NCBI RefSeq assembly: GCF_009834535.1 | Contig: NC_045697.1 | Coordinates: 18,478,001-18,542,000, forward strand | DNA: 64,000 nt | From: Camelus ferus | Lineage: Eukaryota | Reading direction: 5' to 3' | Shown: positions 36,700-48,751 of the stretch, piece by piece | How positions within the stretch are numbered: the stretch's first letter is position 1 | How the letters are laid out: every line of letters begins with the position of its first letter | Made by a program: the position numbers and the translations under genes | Notes under the pieces: generated by a model | What the model was told of the DNA's origin: nothing | Database searches by the model: none | What the model saw: only the letters and a program-made list of their open reading frames with translations

Positions 36700-37180
36700 G
36701 GGCATCCAGGGGTCCCTCATTTATCTCTGAGATTAAATATAAATTTTACCATCAACCTCTATTTCCAGGCTTATGTCCCAAGACTCTCACAAACCTAGTC
36801 TATGTGAAAAGTCACCTGGAAACTTGCTCTTTTATGAATCACCCCCCATGCCTTTGCTCCAACTCTTTTCCCTCCTCTGCCAAGAGTGCCCTCTCTTCCC
36901 CTAGACCTGTGAAATTCTATCCAGACTTCAAGGCCCCCTCGAATACTGACTGCTTCATAAAGCTTTTCTTAATCACTTGACAGGATATGAGGTTTTTCTT
37001 CTTTGAAACCTCAAAGCCCTGACTTTCTGCAGTGGGTTTCATTCTATGAATTTGAGTCATTTGATAAGCATTATTCCCCAAATCTTGTATGAACTCTTCA
37101 GGAAGAATGTCATCTTTTTCTCTCACAGCATCTGGCAAACAGCCTAAATAATAATTAATTAGTATGTGTGTAACTGAATA
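36700..37180 (+). mobile_element. LINE-2 3' relic
   Basis: AATTCTATCCAGACTTCAAGGCCC...TTCATAAAGCTTTTCTTAATC...ACAGCATCTGGCAAACAG...ACTGAAT. Confidence 0.5.
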
Positions 37181-37381
37181 TCTACTTCGATGAGATTAAA
37201 CATCCGTGCATGATTGCAGCCTTTTGTAATCACCCAGAGCTGACGTTTGCTGAGTACTTGCTATGTGCTGTGCATGAAGTATTTTCTTTGCATTAATTAT
37301 CTCCACCCCACAGATAAGAAACTAAAGCTCAGAGAGGTCATGCAACTTGCCCAAAGCCACATAGGTAGCAGGTGGTAGATT

Positions 37382-38040
37382 TGATACAGGAAAAAACAGA
37401 TGTGGGGTGAGAAAAGGTCTGTGTCCCAGGTCTCCATTGAGTCCCTGGGATGTGTTCCTCCAAGTCTGGGTCCTTGGCTTCGTGCAGGGAAGAATTCACG
37501 AATGAGCCACAGTTGAGTAAAGGTAGACTTATTTAGAGAGACACATACTACATAAAGTGTAGGCTGTTTCAGAAGGCGAGAGAAAGGCCACAAGGTAGGG
37601 GGGTTGGGAGCTCAGGTTAAAGTAAAAGTAGACACACACTCCATAGACAGAGTATGGGCCACCTCCAGAGATGAGGAAGTGAGAGGCAGCCACCAGGTGC
37701 AGTGTTGCTAATTTTCATAGGCTTGGTAGCTTCACATGCCAACAAGTGGGAGGAATTCCAACTACCCTGGGGAAGGGGCTGGGATTCCCAGGAACTGGAC
37801 CACTGCCCGCTCTTTGACCTTTTATGGTTCGCCTTGGGGCGTCATGGCGCCTGTGGGCATGTTATTTATCATGCTAATATATTACAATGAGTGTATAATG
37901 AAGCTCAAGGTCTACTAGAAGTAAAATTTCCCGCCATCTTGATCCTCAAGGCCACTGGGGTTGAATATTCCACCATTTTGATGTTAATTGCTGTGTCATT
38001 CCTTGAATGGCTGTGCCCTGTCCCCTTCCCTCCTGTCTCA
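37382..38040 (-). mobile_element. Intact-ended 659-bp class I (ERV1-type) solo LTR inserted in a MIR
   Basis: TG...CA ends; terminal inverted repeat TGATACAGGA / TCCTGTCTCA (9/10); 4-bp TSD GATT at 37378-37381 and 38041-38044; MIR sequence on both sides; minus orientation inferred from the position of the poly(A)-like signal (~37529) and YY1-like AAGATGGCGG. Confidence 0.85.
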
Positions 38041-38334
38041 GATTGGGTGGGACTTAGGTTTGTCTAAATTTAGAGACACTCACAGGCTTGCAATCAGAAG
38101 ACGTGGCTTCACTTGCATGCCCTGTTGGGCACAACCCTTAACAAACCTGGCAGAGACTGGCAAGTCTCCTGAGCAAAGAGCTAGAACAGTGCTTCTCTGG
38201 TTTCAATGTGCACACGATCACCCGGGGCTCACTGAGAACGGGGGGACCAACCAAAAACACACCCAAACACACACCCCATGTAACACCATGTGAGAACTTC
38301 TGCAATAGAAATATGCCTTCACTGAAAAGAAGGT

Positions 38335-38720
38335 GAGAACCCAGCAGAGGTGGAGATGGAAGCAAGGGAAAATGCCTCTAAAAAACTTACCCGAGAGTTG
38401 AGTCTTAAGGATGAGGGAGGTGGCCAGGTAAACGGAAGAAAGGGAAGAAAGAGCATTTCAGGTGGTGGGTTCAGCACATGCAAAGTTAAGGAGGTGAGAG
38501 TGTCCTGCGGCATTTGGGGAACTGTCAGTGGCTGAATATGGCCAGAGAACAGAGTGAGGCGCCACTGGCAAGAGCCCAGGCTGGGGATGAGGAGGGGGGC
38601 AGATCCAAGAGGCATCGTCACTTCACACCAAGGAGAAGGGGGAACCAGCAAGGACCTCAAGGTGAGTGACGGTGTCAGCCTGACCTCCAGAAGTTTCTGC
38701 TCTCGGGGAGACTGTATAGA
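38335..38720 (-). mobile_element. LINE-2 relic
   Basis: GAGTTGAGTCTTAAGGATGAG...AAGAGCATTTCAGGTGG...CAGCACATGCAAAG antisense L2. Confidence 0.6.
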
Positions 38721-39229
38721 GGGGACGGAGGTGGGGCTGCTCAGCTTACCTTAGAGGAGGGGGCTTCTGGGTCCCAACCAGCCTCACTGCCTGGGCGCCC
38801 ACAGCAGATGGATGTCCCTAGGATTCAGACTGCACATGCAGGTATTTCCAGAGTTAGGGAGGCACAGAGCCACACTGTCGCACCAAACCAGCACTTGTGA
38901 GGAAGGACCTCAGGACGTGGAGTAGAAGGGAAGGGAGTACAAATCAAAGGGAGTGTGCAAGGCAGCCCCACCCCAGGATCAGCCTCAGTTATCTCTTTAC
39001 TAGACATTCAGTTCTCAACCTTTTTCCTGATGAGACATACAAGGCACTGGACCTTCACCAGCCAGACTCACATCGACACACCCAGGGTTCTACACATTTC
39101 CAGGAGCCACAGTCCCTGCGGATGAGAGTGACATTCACCGAGGGAGACCCGTGAGCTCACTCTAATTCACAAAAGAAGTAAATCATGCAGAACCCTGATG
39201 TTTTCCCCATTGCTGGGAGTAGATTACAA

Positions 39230-39465
39230 GCTTGGATGTCAAACAGTCTCACGTTCCCATTGACTCCATCACTTACAGGCTGTGTGGCCTTGATTAATGT
39301 ACTTAAATTCTTTGAGCCTCAGCTTTCTCATCTGCAGAATGGGTGTGATAATAGAACTCCCACCATGGAGGGTTCATCGATAGGGCTGGATCCAATTATT
39401 CAATCTAAAGGCTTGGCTGTGTGCGTGGTACCTGGTAAATACTCAATAGATAATAACTACCTTAT
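39230..39465 (+). mobile_element. MIR relic
   Basis: CCATCACTTACAGGCTGTGTGGCCTTG...TTGAGCCTCAGCTTTCTCATCTGCAGAATGGG...AAATACTCAATA. Confidence 0.75.
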
Positions 39466-39749
39466 TATTGATACTTTCTTCTCATTTTAACAATATGCCT
39501 CCCAGCTGATTGGAACACACCAGTGTGTAATGACATTGTGCTGCAAATTTGTGTATTAGAGAAAGGAAAACCATTTTGTATACATGACTCCTAAGTGACT
39601 TACATTTATCCTTGAAAGTCAGCACATTGTTTCTTTTAAAACATATTGTTAATTCAAAATTTGAACTAATTCGCCAGCCTTGCCCTCTGCTCCCAATCAG
39701 CAAGACTTTTAGGAACTGGGTTGTTACAGATTCTACACTAAAATTCAGC

Positions 39750-40003
39750 TTTAATTTCCTATGATAGAGCCGTCATTCTCAAGATCTGCTGGGTGAAAAT
39801 CCTGTCAACGGTGAGGCAGAAGGAGCTAGAAGTGGCTTCTTGAGCATCACCAGAGGGAGTATCGATTCCTGATCCTTCAGCAGCCCGCACGCCTGGGCTC
39901 CACGTGCCTGGAGTCTCGGCCTTTCCCAGAAGTTGTTTCTCTCCACTACCCGTTGGGGCAGGAATATCTTGATTAGGAAGATCCTCTTTAAAGGTCTCCT
40001 CAT
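39750..40003 (-). other. Candidate terminal exon of an unidentified minus-strand transcript
   Basis: Acceptor TTCCTGTTTTTTTCAG|ATG at 40003; frame open for ~80 codons (..DEETFKEDLPNQ...QILRMTALS*) to TAG at 39759-39761; ATTAAA at 39750-39755; not repeat-like. Peptide not recognised. Confidence 0.3.
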
Positions 40004-40089
40004 CTGAAAAAAACAGGAACGCTGTCCCCTCATCCCTCAAAGGATTGGATTAGTTGGGTTGTTGACAGGTCCCCCAAAGATGAACAAGA

Positions 40090-40640
40090 GATTCCACTGC
40101 CTGATTTGAGCCATTGTCACCTGGGACAATGGGCTTCTCACTCCTCCTGCACAGCCCACCCTGACCTTCCAGCAGTCTCTCTACAACAGAGATCCTCCTG
40201 AAAACGCAATCTGGCTCCTCCCTCCCAGAACCTTCTCCAGCCCACAAGGCCGGTATGCAGATCGTGCCCTGTGTCTGGACCCTTCCTGCCCTCTGGGCCC
40301 AGTCATGCCAGCCCTCGGGACATCCTTACAAGGTGTGGACCCCACCCCACCTCTGCCTGAGCTGACATCTCTGCTGAGCCAACACCCCCGTCCTCCTCTC
40401 CCACCTCTGTCCACCTCGGCTCTCACTAATGTCACTCCCTTGAGGAGGTCACTTTTGACCCCCCCAGTAGCTCCTATGCTCTCAGGGCTCCTTGTTTTGA
40501 TCCTCTATCAGCCTTATCACTGCCTCCTTGAGTGGAAAATCAGCTTCCTGAGGACAGGGACTGTTTTGCTTCCCTCCCTTTTCCCAGCACCTATTGGTTC
40601 TGGTGCCCAAGTGACATCTGATAGAGAATCAATAAATATT
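40090..40640 (+). mobile_element. LINE-2 3' relic
   Basis: CAGAGATCCTCCTGAAAACGCAATCTG...CAGCTTCCTGAGGACAGGGACTGT...CCCAGCACCT...TCAATAAATATTT. Confidence 0.7.
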
Positions 40641-41154
40641 TTCTTTTAAATAGCATTCCTATGTGAATGTTGGGGACTTAGATGAGGAGCTCCGTTTTCA
40701 CCAAGAGAAACGAAGCAGAAGAGTTAGCAATGTCATTGAGTTGATTGTTAGAGACTGAACTATTCCAGTGACAAGTGCAGATCTGCCTAGTCCTTTGAAT
40801 ATTATGCTGGCAGGGGTTACTTACCATAATCCTAATGTTCCCTTCAGCCTCTCAAACCCATTCATTGTTAGGAGCCACTGGTCATCATTTCTTCCCCCAT
40901 GAAGTCTTCGGTCTCTTTGGGGCAATTATGTCACTAAAAACAATTTCGATGGAAATCAAGTGAGACGGAGGCAATCAGTGGAAAAAGATTTTCTCTGTCA
41001 TCCGATTTCCCTTATTTACCTCTCTTGGGTCTGGGAGTCAGGGTGGGTGTGGGGAAGGGGAGGAGATGCCCTAAAACATGCCACTCAAAATATTACCAGC
41101 CCATAGTAAGTACAGAAAATTTTAAGTATAAAATGTTACCAGCTTATGTTAAGT

Positions 41155-41362
41155 CTAGAAACTTTTAGGGCAATTTGACATTGCCATGACATTCAAGAAC
41201 ACGGTCAATGGACCTGACTCAGTGAACAGGGCAACAGGGGCCACTTCAAGTGTGGTTGAACTTGGATACTGAGCCACGTACAGTAGGACAACAGATTCTT
41301 CCTGAATATTTTGGAAAATTTCAAAAACTGGCCCTTCAACCACAGATAGTTTGAAAAACATG
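41155..41362. mobile_element. hAT-Charlie-like DNA transposon relic
   Basis: Ends AAACTGGCCCTTCAACCACAGATAGTTTGAAAAACA, resembling a Charlie-type terminal repeat. Confidence 0.4.
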
Positions 41363-41427
41363 TTATAAAAGATGATGTAGCCTTGGTCATGTTGTAAGGA
41401 GAAGTCAAGACTTCAAGAAGTACTTTA

Positions 41428-42024
41428 GCCAAGACATGGAAACAACCTAAATGTCCATCAACAAATGACTGGATAAAGAAGTTGTGGTATATTTATACAA
41501 TGGAATACTACTCAGCCATAAAAAAATAATAAAATAATGCCATTTGCAGCAACATGGACGGACCTGGAGAATATCATTCTAAGTGAAGTAAACCAGAAGG
41601 AGAAAGAAAAATACCATATGATATCACTTTTATGTGGAATCTAAAAAAAAAAAGAGAGAGAGAAATGAACTTTTTTACAAAACAGAAACAGACTCACAGA
41701 CATAGAAAATAAACTTATGGTTACCAGTGGGGAAGGGGGTAGGAAGGGATAAACTGGGAGTTTGAGATTTGCAGATATTAACTACTATATATAAAATAGA
41801 TAAACAACAAGTTCATACTGTATAGCACAGGGAAATATATTCAATATCTTGTAGAAACTTATGGTTAAAAAGAATATGAAAATGAATATATGTATGTTCC
41901 TATGTGACTGAAGTATTGTGCTATACACCAGAAACTGACACATATTTATAAACAGACTATACTTCAAATATATATATATATATAAATTTTATTCAAATAT
42001 ATATATATATATAAATTTTAAAAA
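41428..42024 (+). mobile_element. 5'-truncated young LINE-1: ORF2 C-terminus plus 3' UTR
   Basis: Translates AKTWKQPKCPSTNDWIKKLWYIYTMEYYSAI..., then a frameshift, then MPFAATWTDLENIILSEV...HMISLLCGI*; TSD AAGAA(G/A)TACTTTA at 41415-41427 and 42025-42037. Confidence 0.95.
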
Positions 42025-42294
42025 AAGAAATACTTTAAAACTAAGAAACATCTAAAGGCAGAAATGGAAAGGAAAATAAAAGAATGGTCACTGTCCATTG
42101 CAGTGGGTCATGGAAAAAGTCCTTGGAGTTGAATCTTGAGTTGGGTCTGGAAAGAAATTATTGGCAAATATTGAGGAACAAGGGGTAGGAGGGCATTTCA
42201 GGGAAGAAGCAGCACATAAGCTAAGGCTTATGGAGATTATGCAGGACGTGTGAAGGGCATACACATTCCTTGCTCATTAAACAGAAATAGTTAA

Positions 42295-43272
42295 GTAAAG
42301 AGACTGGGTTCTACCATTTGGCAATCATCACAATGATCATTGATTTGGGCAAAAGCATCAAGATGGTATGAACAGTAGAAAGTTTGAGAAAAAGCAGAAT
42401 ATTTATATAGCCCCAAAGTGTCTGTCCTCCAGATTCTTATTAATGACAAAGCAAACATCGCAACCCTACAGTGGAGAAACCTGGCAGGCACCACCTCAGC
42501 TAAATGATCAAAGTTAACGTTACAAGTTAAGAGAAAAATCAACATCACGTGCATCCTGATATGAGGCAATGGGAAGAATGCAACATCATATTCGTGTTTT
42601 TTCTGCCAAAAAATGTTCATCTGAATCTACTCATGAGAAAACATCAGGCAAATCCCAACTGAAACCATTCTATAAAGTAGCTGAATTGTATTCCTTTTTT
42701 TTTTTTTTTGAAAATAGAAAAGGAATTTATTAGGTTACTCTGCCATAGACAACAGCAAGCCACACAGCTGAGAGGTGCCTGTGTGAGCCCTGAATTGTAT
42801 TCTTCAAAATATCAGTATCATGAAAGACAAAGATGAAGGAACTGTTGTAAATTCAAGGAAACTGAAGAGATATGACAACTGAATGCAATGTATGATCTGC
42901 AATTTTTTTTTTTTTTTTTTTGCCTTAAAGGATATTATTGGGCCAACTGGTAAAATCTGGATAAGGTCAGCCCTTTGGATAATGATATTGTATGAAGGTT
43001 AATTTCCTGAATGTGATGATCATACTACCATTCATAAATAAAAAGCTCTTATTTTTTAGGAAATACACACTGATATATGTAAAGAGGCATTGTGTTTCCA
43101 ACAGTTCAAAAAATATATAGTAAGTATGAGGTACAGAGAGAAATCGAGATAGAGAATAAAGCAAAGTGTAAAATGTTAACATTTGGGACATACTGGTGAA
43201 AGGTATATGAGGTTTCCTTGTACTATTCTTGTAACTTTCCTGTGAGTCTGAAATTATTTCAAAACAAAAAAG
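42295..43272 (+). mobile_element. Old L1MC4/5-like 3' region
   Basis: TACCATTTGGCAATCATC...GGAGAAACCTGGCAGGCACCACCTCAGCTAAATGATCAAAGTTAAC...TGTGAGTCTGAAATTATTTCAAAA. Confidence 0.75.
42694..42789 (-). mobile_element. Short polyadenylated retrocopy of an unidentified transcript 3' end
   Basis: Minus strand GGCTCACACAGGCACC...GTAACCTAATAAATTCCTTTTCTATTTTC plus poly(A); perfect 13-bp TSD CTGAATTGTATTC at 42681-42693 and 42790-42802. Confidence 0.88.
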
Positions 43273-44080
43273 TGCAAAGGAGAGAAGAGAGCCCCTGGGC
43301 TCCAGTCCCTGCCTGACCCGGAGTGAGTTCAGTGTCCCCACCCGCTGGATCCCTTCCTGCCTTCTCCAGCCCTTCCAGTTGGAGGCCTCATGTCTTGGCC
43401 TCTCTTCACCCAGATCCTCCCAGCTTATTTCTGGATTTACACCTTCCCTCCTCTTCCTGTCTAATATTTCTTTCAGACTACACCCTGATAGCTGATCTCT
43501 TTGGCTGGATGCCCCTTGAGATCTGGGGCAGCACTGCAAGGTTCTGTCTGTGTCTTCTGCTGGCCCACTTTGCCAATCCCTGCTTATGCTCCAGACAGGT
43601 CAAGATAATTAGCATTTATCGAAGGCCTACTATGTGCCTGGCACTGTATGTCATCATCCCAATAACCTAACTCAGCTTCTCTGCTGAGTGCAGTTGTCTC
43701 ACTATCATCTCCGCCTAAATCCCGGTGGCTCCAAAGCCCTACATTTTTGACCAGAGGAAGTGCACTATTTAGAGGGTGGCCCTATCCATATAATTCTGAG
43801 AAGGCTGAGGGCCACTTAGATGTCACATGGACCCCACCTGATTGTCTACTAACTCCATGGATTACAGAGCTAGAATTTTTGGCCTCAGGTCCTCACTGTT
43901 CCGTGGAGAAGCTACTTTAGATTGACTGCCTCATCTCTGTCTCCACTGCCTGAGTATCATTAGAGCTGAAAATACCTGTACCTCCATATGCCAGAGATCT
44001 CGCACACTTGAAATAAACAGGCGAATGCTCCTTCTGAATTCCACTCAGTTACAGTGAGAGTTCAGGGGTCCCGCAGTTAG

Positions 44081-45232
44081 TAACAATTTGACCCACCAAC
44101 TGAAAGAACTAGAAAAAGAAGAACAAAAAAACCCAAAAAGCAGCAGAAGGAAGGAAATTATAAAGATTAGTGAGGAAATAAATAAAATAGGGATTTTAAA
44201 AAACATAGAAAAAATCAATCAAACCAAAAGCTCGTTTTTTGAAAAAGTAAATAAAATCAACAAACCTCTGGCCAAACTCACAAAGAAGAAAAAAGAGAGC
44301 GCACAAATCAGCAAAATAAGAAAGGAAAATGGAGAAATTACAACAAATAAAATAGAATACAGAATATCATACGAGAATATTATGAAAAACTATATGGAAC
44401 CAAACTGGATAACCTAGAGGAGATGGACAAGTTTCTGGAAACACACAGTCCACCAAGACTGAACCAAGAAGAAACTGACCACTTGAACAAACCGATCTCT
44501 AGAAATGAAATCAAAATAGCAATAAAAAACCTCCCTACAAATAAAAGTCCAGGACCGGACGGCTTCGCTGGGGAATTCTACCAAACATACAAAGAAGAAC
44601 TCATACCAGTCATTCTCAAACTCTTCCAGAAGATTGAAAAGGAGGGAATACTCCCAAACTCATTCTATGAAGCCACCATCACCCTGATACCAAAACCAGG
44701 CAAAGACACTACCGAAAAAGAGAATTACAGGCCAATATCACTGATGAACATAGATGCCAAAATCCTCACCAAAATATTAGCAAATAGAATCCAACAACAC
44801 ATATAAAAGATTATACATCATGACCAAGTGGGGTTCATCCCTGGGACACAACAGTGGTTCAACATATGCAAATCAATCAATGTAATACATCACATCAACA
44901 AGAGAAAGGACAAAAACCACATGATCATCTCAATAGATGCAGAAAAAGCATTTGATAAAATTCAACACCCATTTATGATAAAAACTCTCACCAAAGTGGG
45001 TATAGAGGGAACATATCTCAACATAATAAAAGCTATATATGACAAACCTACAGCCAGCATAGCACTCAACAGTGAAAAACTCAAAAGCTTCCCACTAAAA
45101 TCTGGGACAAGACAAGGATGCCCACTATCACCACTCCTATTCAACATAGTCCTGGAAGTCCTAGCCACAGCAATCAGGCAAGAGAGAGACATAAAAGGGA
45201 TCCAAATCAGAAAAGAAGAGGTAAAAGTGTCA
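44081..45232 (+). mobile_element. Internal LINE-1 ORF2 fragment (post-endonuclease region to first half of RT), disrupted
   Basis: ORFs 44088-44417, 44423-44806 and 44828-45250 give [50 protein letters not shown] and [21 protein letters not shown]; one frameshift near 44355 and one TAA at 44804-44806. Confidence 0.97.
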
Positions 45233-45949
45233 AAAATTTTTAATTGCTGATGGGGCTAAGTTCTAATAACACCCACAACACGCACTGGGACCACAATTTT
45301 TTTTCCAATACCCAGGCCTGGTTGCTGGGGCCATCTCGCCACATGAGACCACTTCCCTTAGTGTGGGTTCTTTCCTAGCCCTGTTGACCCTACAATTTGA
45401 ATTTTGTATGTATCTGAGATAGAGATCAGAGGTGTAAATGGATTTGTGAAGGGTGTTGCCTGTTGTCCCTGGTCAAAACACCTGGGGGCCAGAGCCATCC
45501 CCATCAGAACCCTCTGTTTACTTCTGAGGCTCAGAGAAGTTATTGAGGGTCTAGCACAGGTTGCCACAAGTAGGTGTCAAGGTTCGGACCCAGATCTGCA
45601 GGACTCTCCAGTCCATCGCCTTGTCTCCTCTCCAAAGTGTAGCATAGCCAGGAACTTGGTAAATGGAGGCCCTCCTACTGAAGAGATTGTTAGTTAAATG
45701 GAGCTTTACTGGACCAGCCGAGGATTCTAGAAATATTTTGGGCAACTGTTCATGCTGCTGCCACTGCTGCTGCTGCTGGTTCCATGCTTGGCTTATCCAG
45801 GCCACACATTTTTCTTTCTTTCTAGTATCTCTTTCTTCACAAGCCCTTTATTTACCCTGAAGAAGGTTAACATCAAGCATGGCCCATTTTTATACAGTGC
45901 TGGAAAATGCTTGAGGGAGGTAGAAGGAAGGGTTGAAACTACTGGCAAT

Positions 45950-46110
45950 GTGGTTTTATAGAAAGAGCGTGGGTCTCAGACTCAGACAGGCCTGGGTTCA
46001 AATCTGGGTTTATTACTTACTATTTGAGTAAATGTTCAGCAGTTCAAGGCCCTCATCTTTAAAACAGAGATAATGCCATCTAACTCTCAGAGTTAAGGGA
46101 GAAAACTTAT
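45950..46110 (+). mobile_element. MIR relic
   Basis: GTGGTTTTATAGAAAGAGCGTGGG...CAGACAGGCCTGGGTTCAAATCTGG...CCTCATCTTTAAAACAGAGATAATGCC. Confidence 0.7.
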
Positions 46111-48751
46111 TTTAAATCACCAGTCCTAAAGAGAGGCTGAATGGACCTTTGTTTCCCTCTCTTATACTGACCTTTTTAGGACTATATGAGAATTTCAGCT
46201 CTCTCTATTTTTCTGATCATTCCTCTTATAGACAACCCTAAAGTCAACTCAGAAGTAGGCTTTGTTTCCATGGAGACGTATTTAAGGTAAACAGATTTGA
46301 AAAGGGGAAGCACAGACGCCCATCCCCTACGCCCACTCACAGCCAATGCACAGCCTCAGCAGAAATCTTTCCAAAGAAATGTTTCACAAAGCTTTCGGGG
46401 AAGGCACCGAGGGCTCTTTCAAAGTCTTTACACGCTTTTTTCATTGTACAGCTCTTGAAATGAACAATAATTTGAAACAGATAATAATGAACTTCACACA
46501 GCAGTGGATCAAAAGTGGAATTATTGAGCTCACCATTGTCTCACATAATTAGGCTGACACGCTTTTGAATCTAAATGGATGGCTTTTTTCCCCCTCTCTT
46601 CTGTATGTGCACATTTACTTATTAATGGGCAGAATATTACAAGATTTCTGGGCCCCACATTGTTTCAGTTCTAATCTAGACAACTTACTTTCTCCTGAAA
46701 CTCTGATTTTCCTTTCTTTTTTTCTTTCTTGGCATCATTATTTTGTAAGTTTCAAAGGGGAATTACTTCCTTGAGTGTGCATGGAAATGTAAGCACATAA
46801 ATCACTGAATTTATTTAACAAGGAGGACTAACCCCACTGTCACTTCCCACTGAACAATGCCTTCTTAGGGAAAAATGCTGCAAATGCTTTAGGAGACCAA
46901 AGTGCATCCAATTAAATGACTTTTAAACATTCTACAAAATAATTTCTCTATTTGAAATAATAAGCTTGAATAGCTTATTAAACACAGCAGCAATTAGATA
47001 ATAGATATTTGTTAATTCGGTCTAACTTTAGATCTCTCTTCAATCATGGCAGAACTAGCTTTACAGGGATGTAAACATTCATTTGAAAACCTAATAACAG
47101 AGTGGTTTCCTCTACTCTGCCTCTACTGCAAGAACCAACTTTTGATTTGTGAAAATCAACTCATGTCTCACCCAAAACATCTGTCCTCAAGATGTGACAC
47201 CTAAGATGATATGGCAGAAACATGTCACCAAAGGCAACAACTCATAAAATCATGGCTAACAGTGATAGACAGTCTTGTTGCCATCAACCACATAAAAGAA
47301 AGAGAAAGGGCATCTAATAAAGCCTTTAGTAGTCGCTAGTACATGTCTTGAATTTTCTAAACGCTCTAAACGGGAAACTTGATGTGGCCAAATGTTGTAA
47401 AACCACAGGCAGAAGAGTCTGCGCTCTCGAGGATAAACACAGTGGCAGGGAGAGAGATTAGCAGAACCACTGTCCCCAAACCAGAATGTCTAGATGTTCC
47501 TGGTGGACACATTAAGCCACTGTCCTCAAGGTGGGCTTTGAGTCTTAGCTAGTGGGACATAAGGAAGTACAGTCACTATGCAGGGGAGGCCCAGCCGGGC
47601 CACTGGTCATTAACTTCACCAGCTCCATCCTTCAACATTAGATCCAGAGCAGAGAATGAAGAGGGAACGGAGGTGCTCTTTCCCTTTGTCATATAAACAA
47701 ATCTGTTGGATGAGATGTGAGAAGAGTTGAGCAGCCACAAAGCTATAGAATCGCTGAACACTGGAGATGGAAAAGTTGTAGAAGAGGAAACTGCAGCTGA
47801 CAGTGTTGAAATGACTCGCCCAAGGTCACGGAGAAACCACTACCACCCTTCACCACTTGTGACTTGAATGGAAATAGTCTTTTTCTGACGTGAAAAAAAA
47901 AAAAGAAAGAAAAGAGTGAGTACACTGTGTGTCAGCAAAAGCTATGCCACATGCAGCTAGATCATTGCCCAACAAAGGAAATGTGGATTCACAGAACTAG
48001 CTTCCTACTTCAAACACTATTTTTCCTGTAATTGGGTAAGGCTGGGGGCAAACTTTGGTCAAACACCACAAAGATAGGGGAAAGTCTTCTGTATAAGCTG
48101 TAGGCCCAGTTAAGACTTCTCAACCACTGATCAATCCAGTATTGCCTGAGGCATAACCAACATGGGCGAGGCCTTCTGGAAAATATAGGAAAAGTATATG
48201 ACAATGGTCTTTTCCCTCAGGAAAAATGTGAACAACTGTAGGAGATCATCAGAGACCAAGTGCAAAGACTGAGTCTTGACAATGATTCCCAATAGGAGTT
48301 TGGACATGGGAGAAATCATACGACATTGGACAAATAGTCAAGGGTGGCTTGATTGACCTGACTTCCAAGGTACATTGAAGGCTGGGTTGGGTAGGAGAAT
48401 AGGTATAGAGGGAGAGACAAATTGGGAGTATCTAAGTGGGAACAAAGTTTTTGATGTAGGAATTAATGTGGCTACAGAAAGTCTGGTGAAGAGATCCAAC
48501 TAAGTGGCCTAGAAGTTGGATTTAAGGACAAAATGGAAAACAACACAGAATCCATTGGGAAAAGCGTGATGAATGACTCACCAAATCATTTAGCTGAAAC
48601 AATACAAAACAAAGCAACAGAGTCAAGACCCATTTCCTTGGAGATCCTTGCCTCACCAGTATGTTAAGAAAAACTCAGATCTTCAAATTTTAGATATACA
48701 TATGCCAGAATCATCAAAAGGCTATATTCTTTATATTGTGGCCAATATCTT

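Noticed and set aside
44088..45250. Functional reverse transcriptase gene or novel RT system
   Set aside because: Ordinary LINE-1 ORF2 sequence with a frameshift and a stop, no start, and truncated before the catalytic motif.
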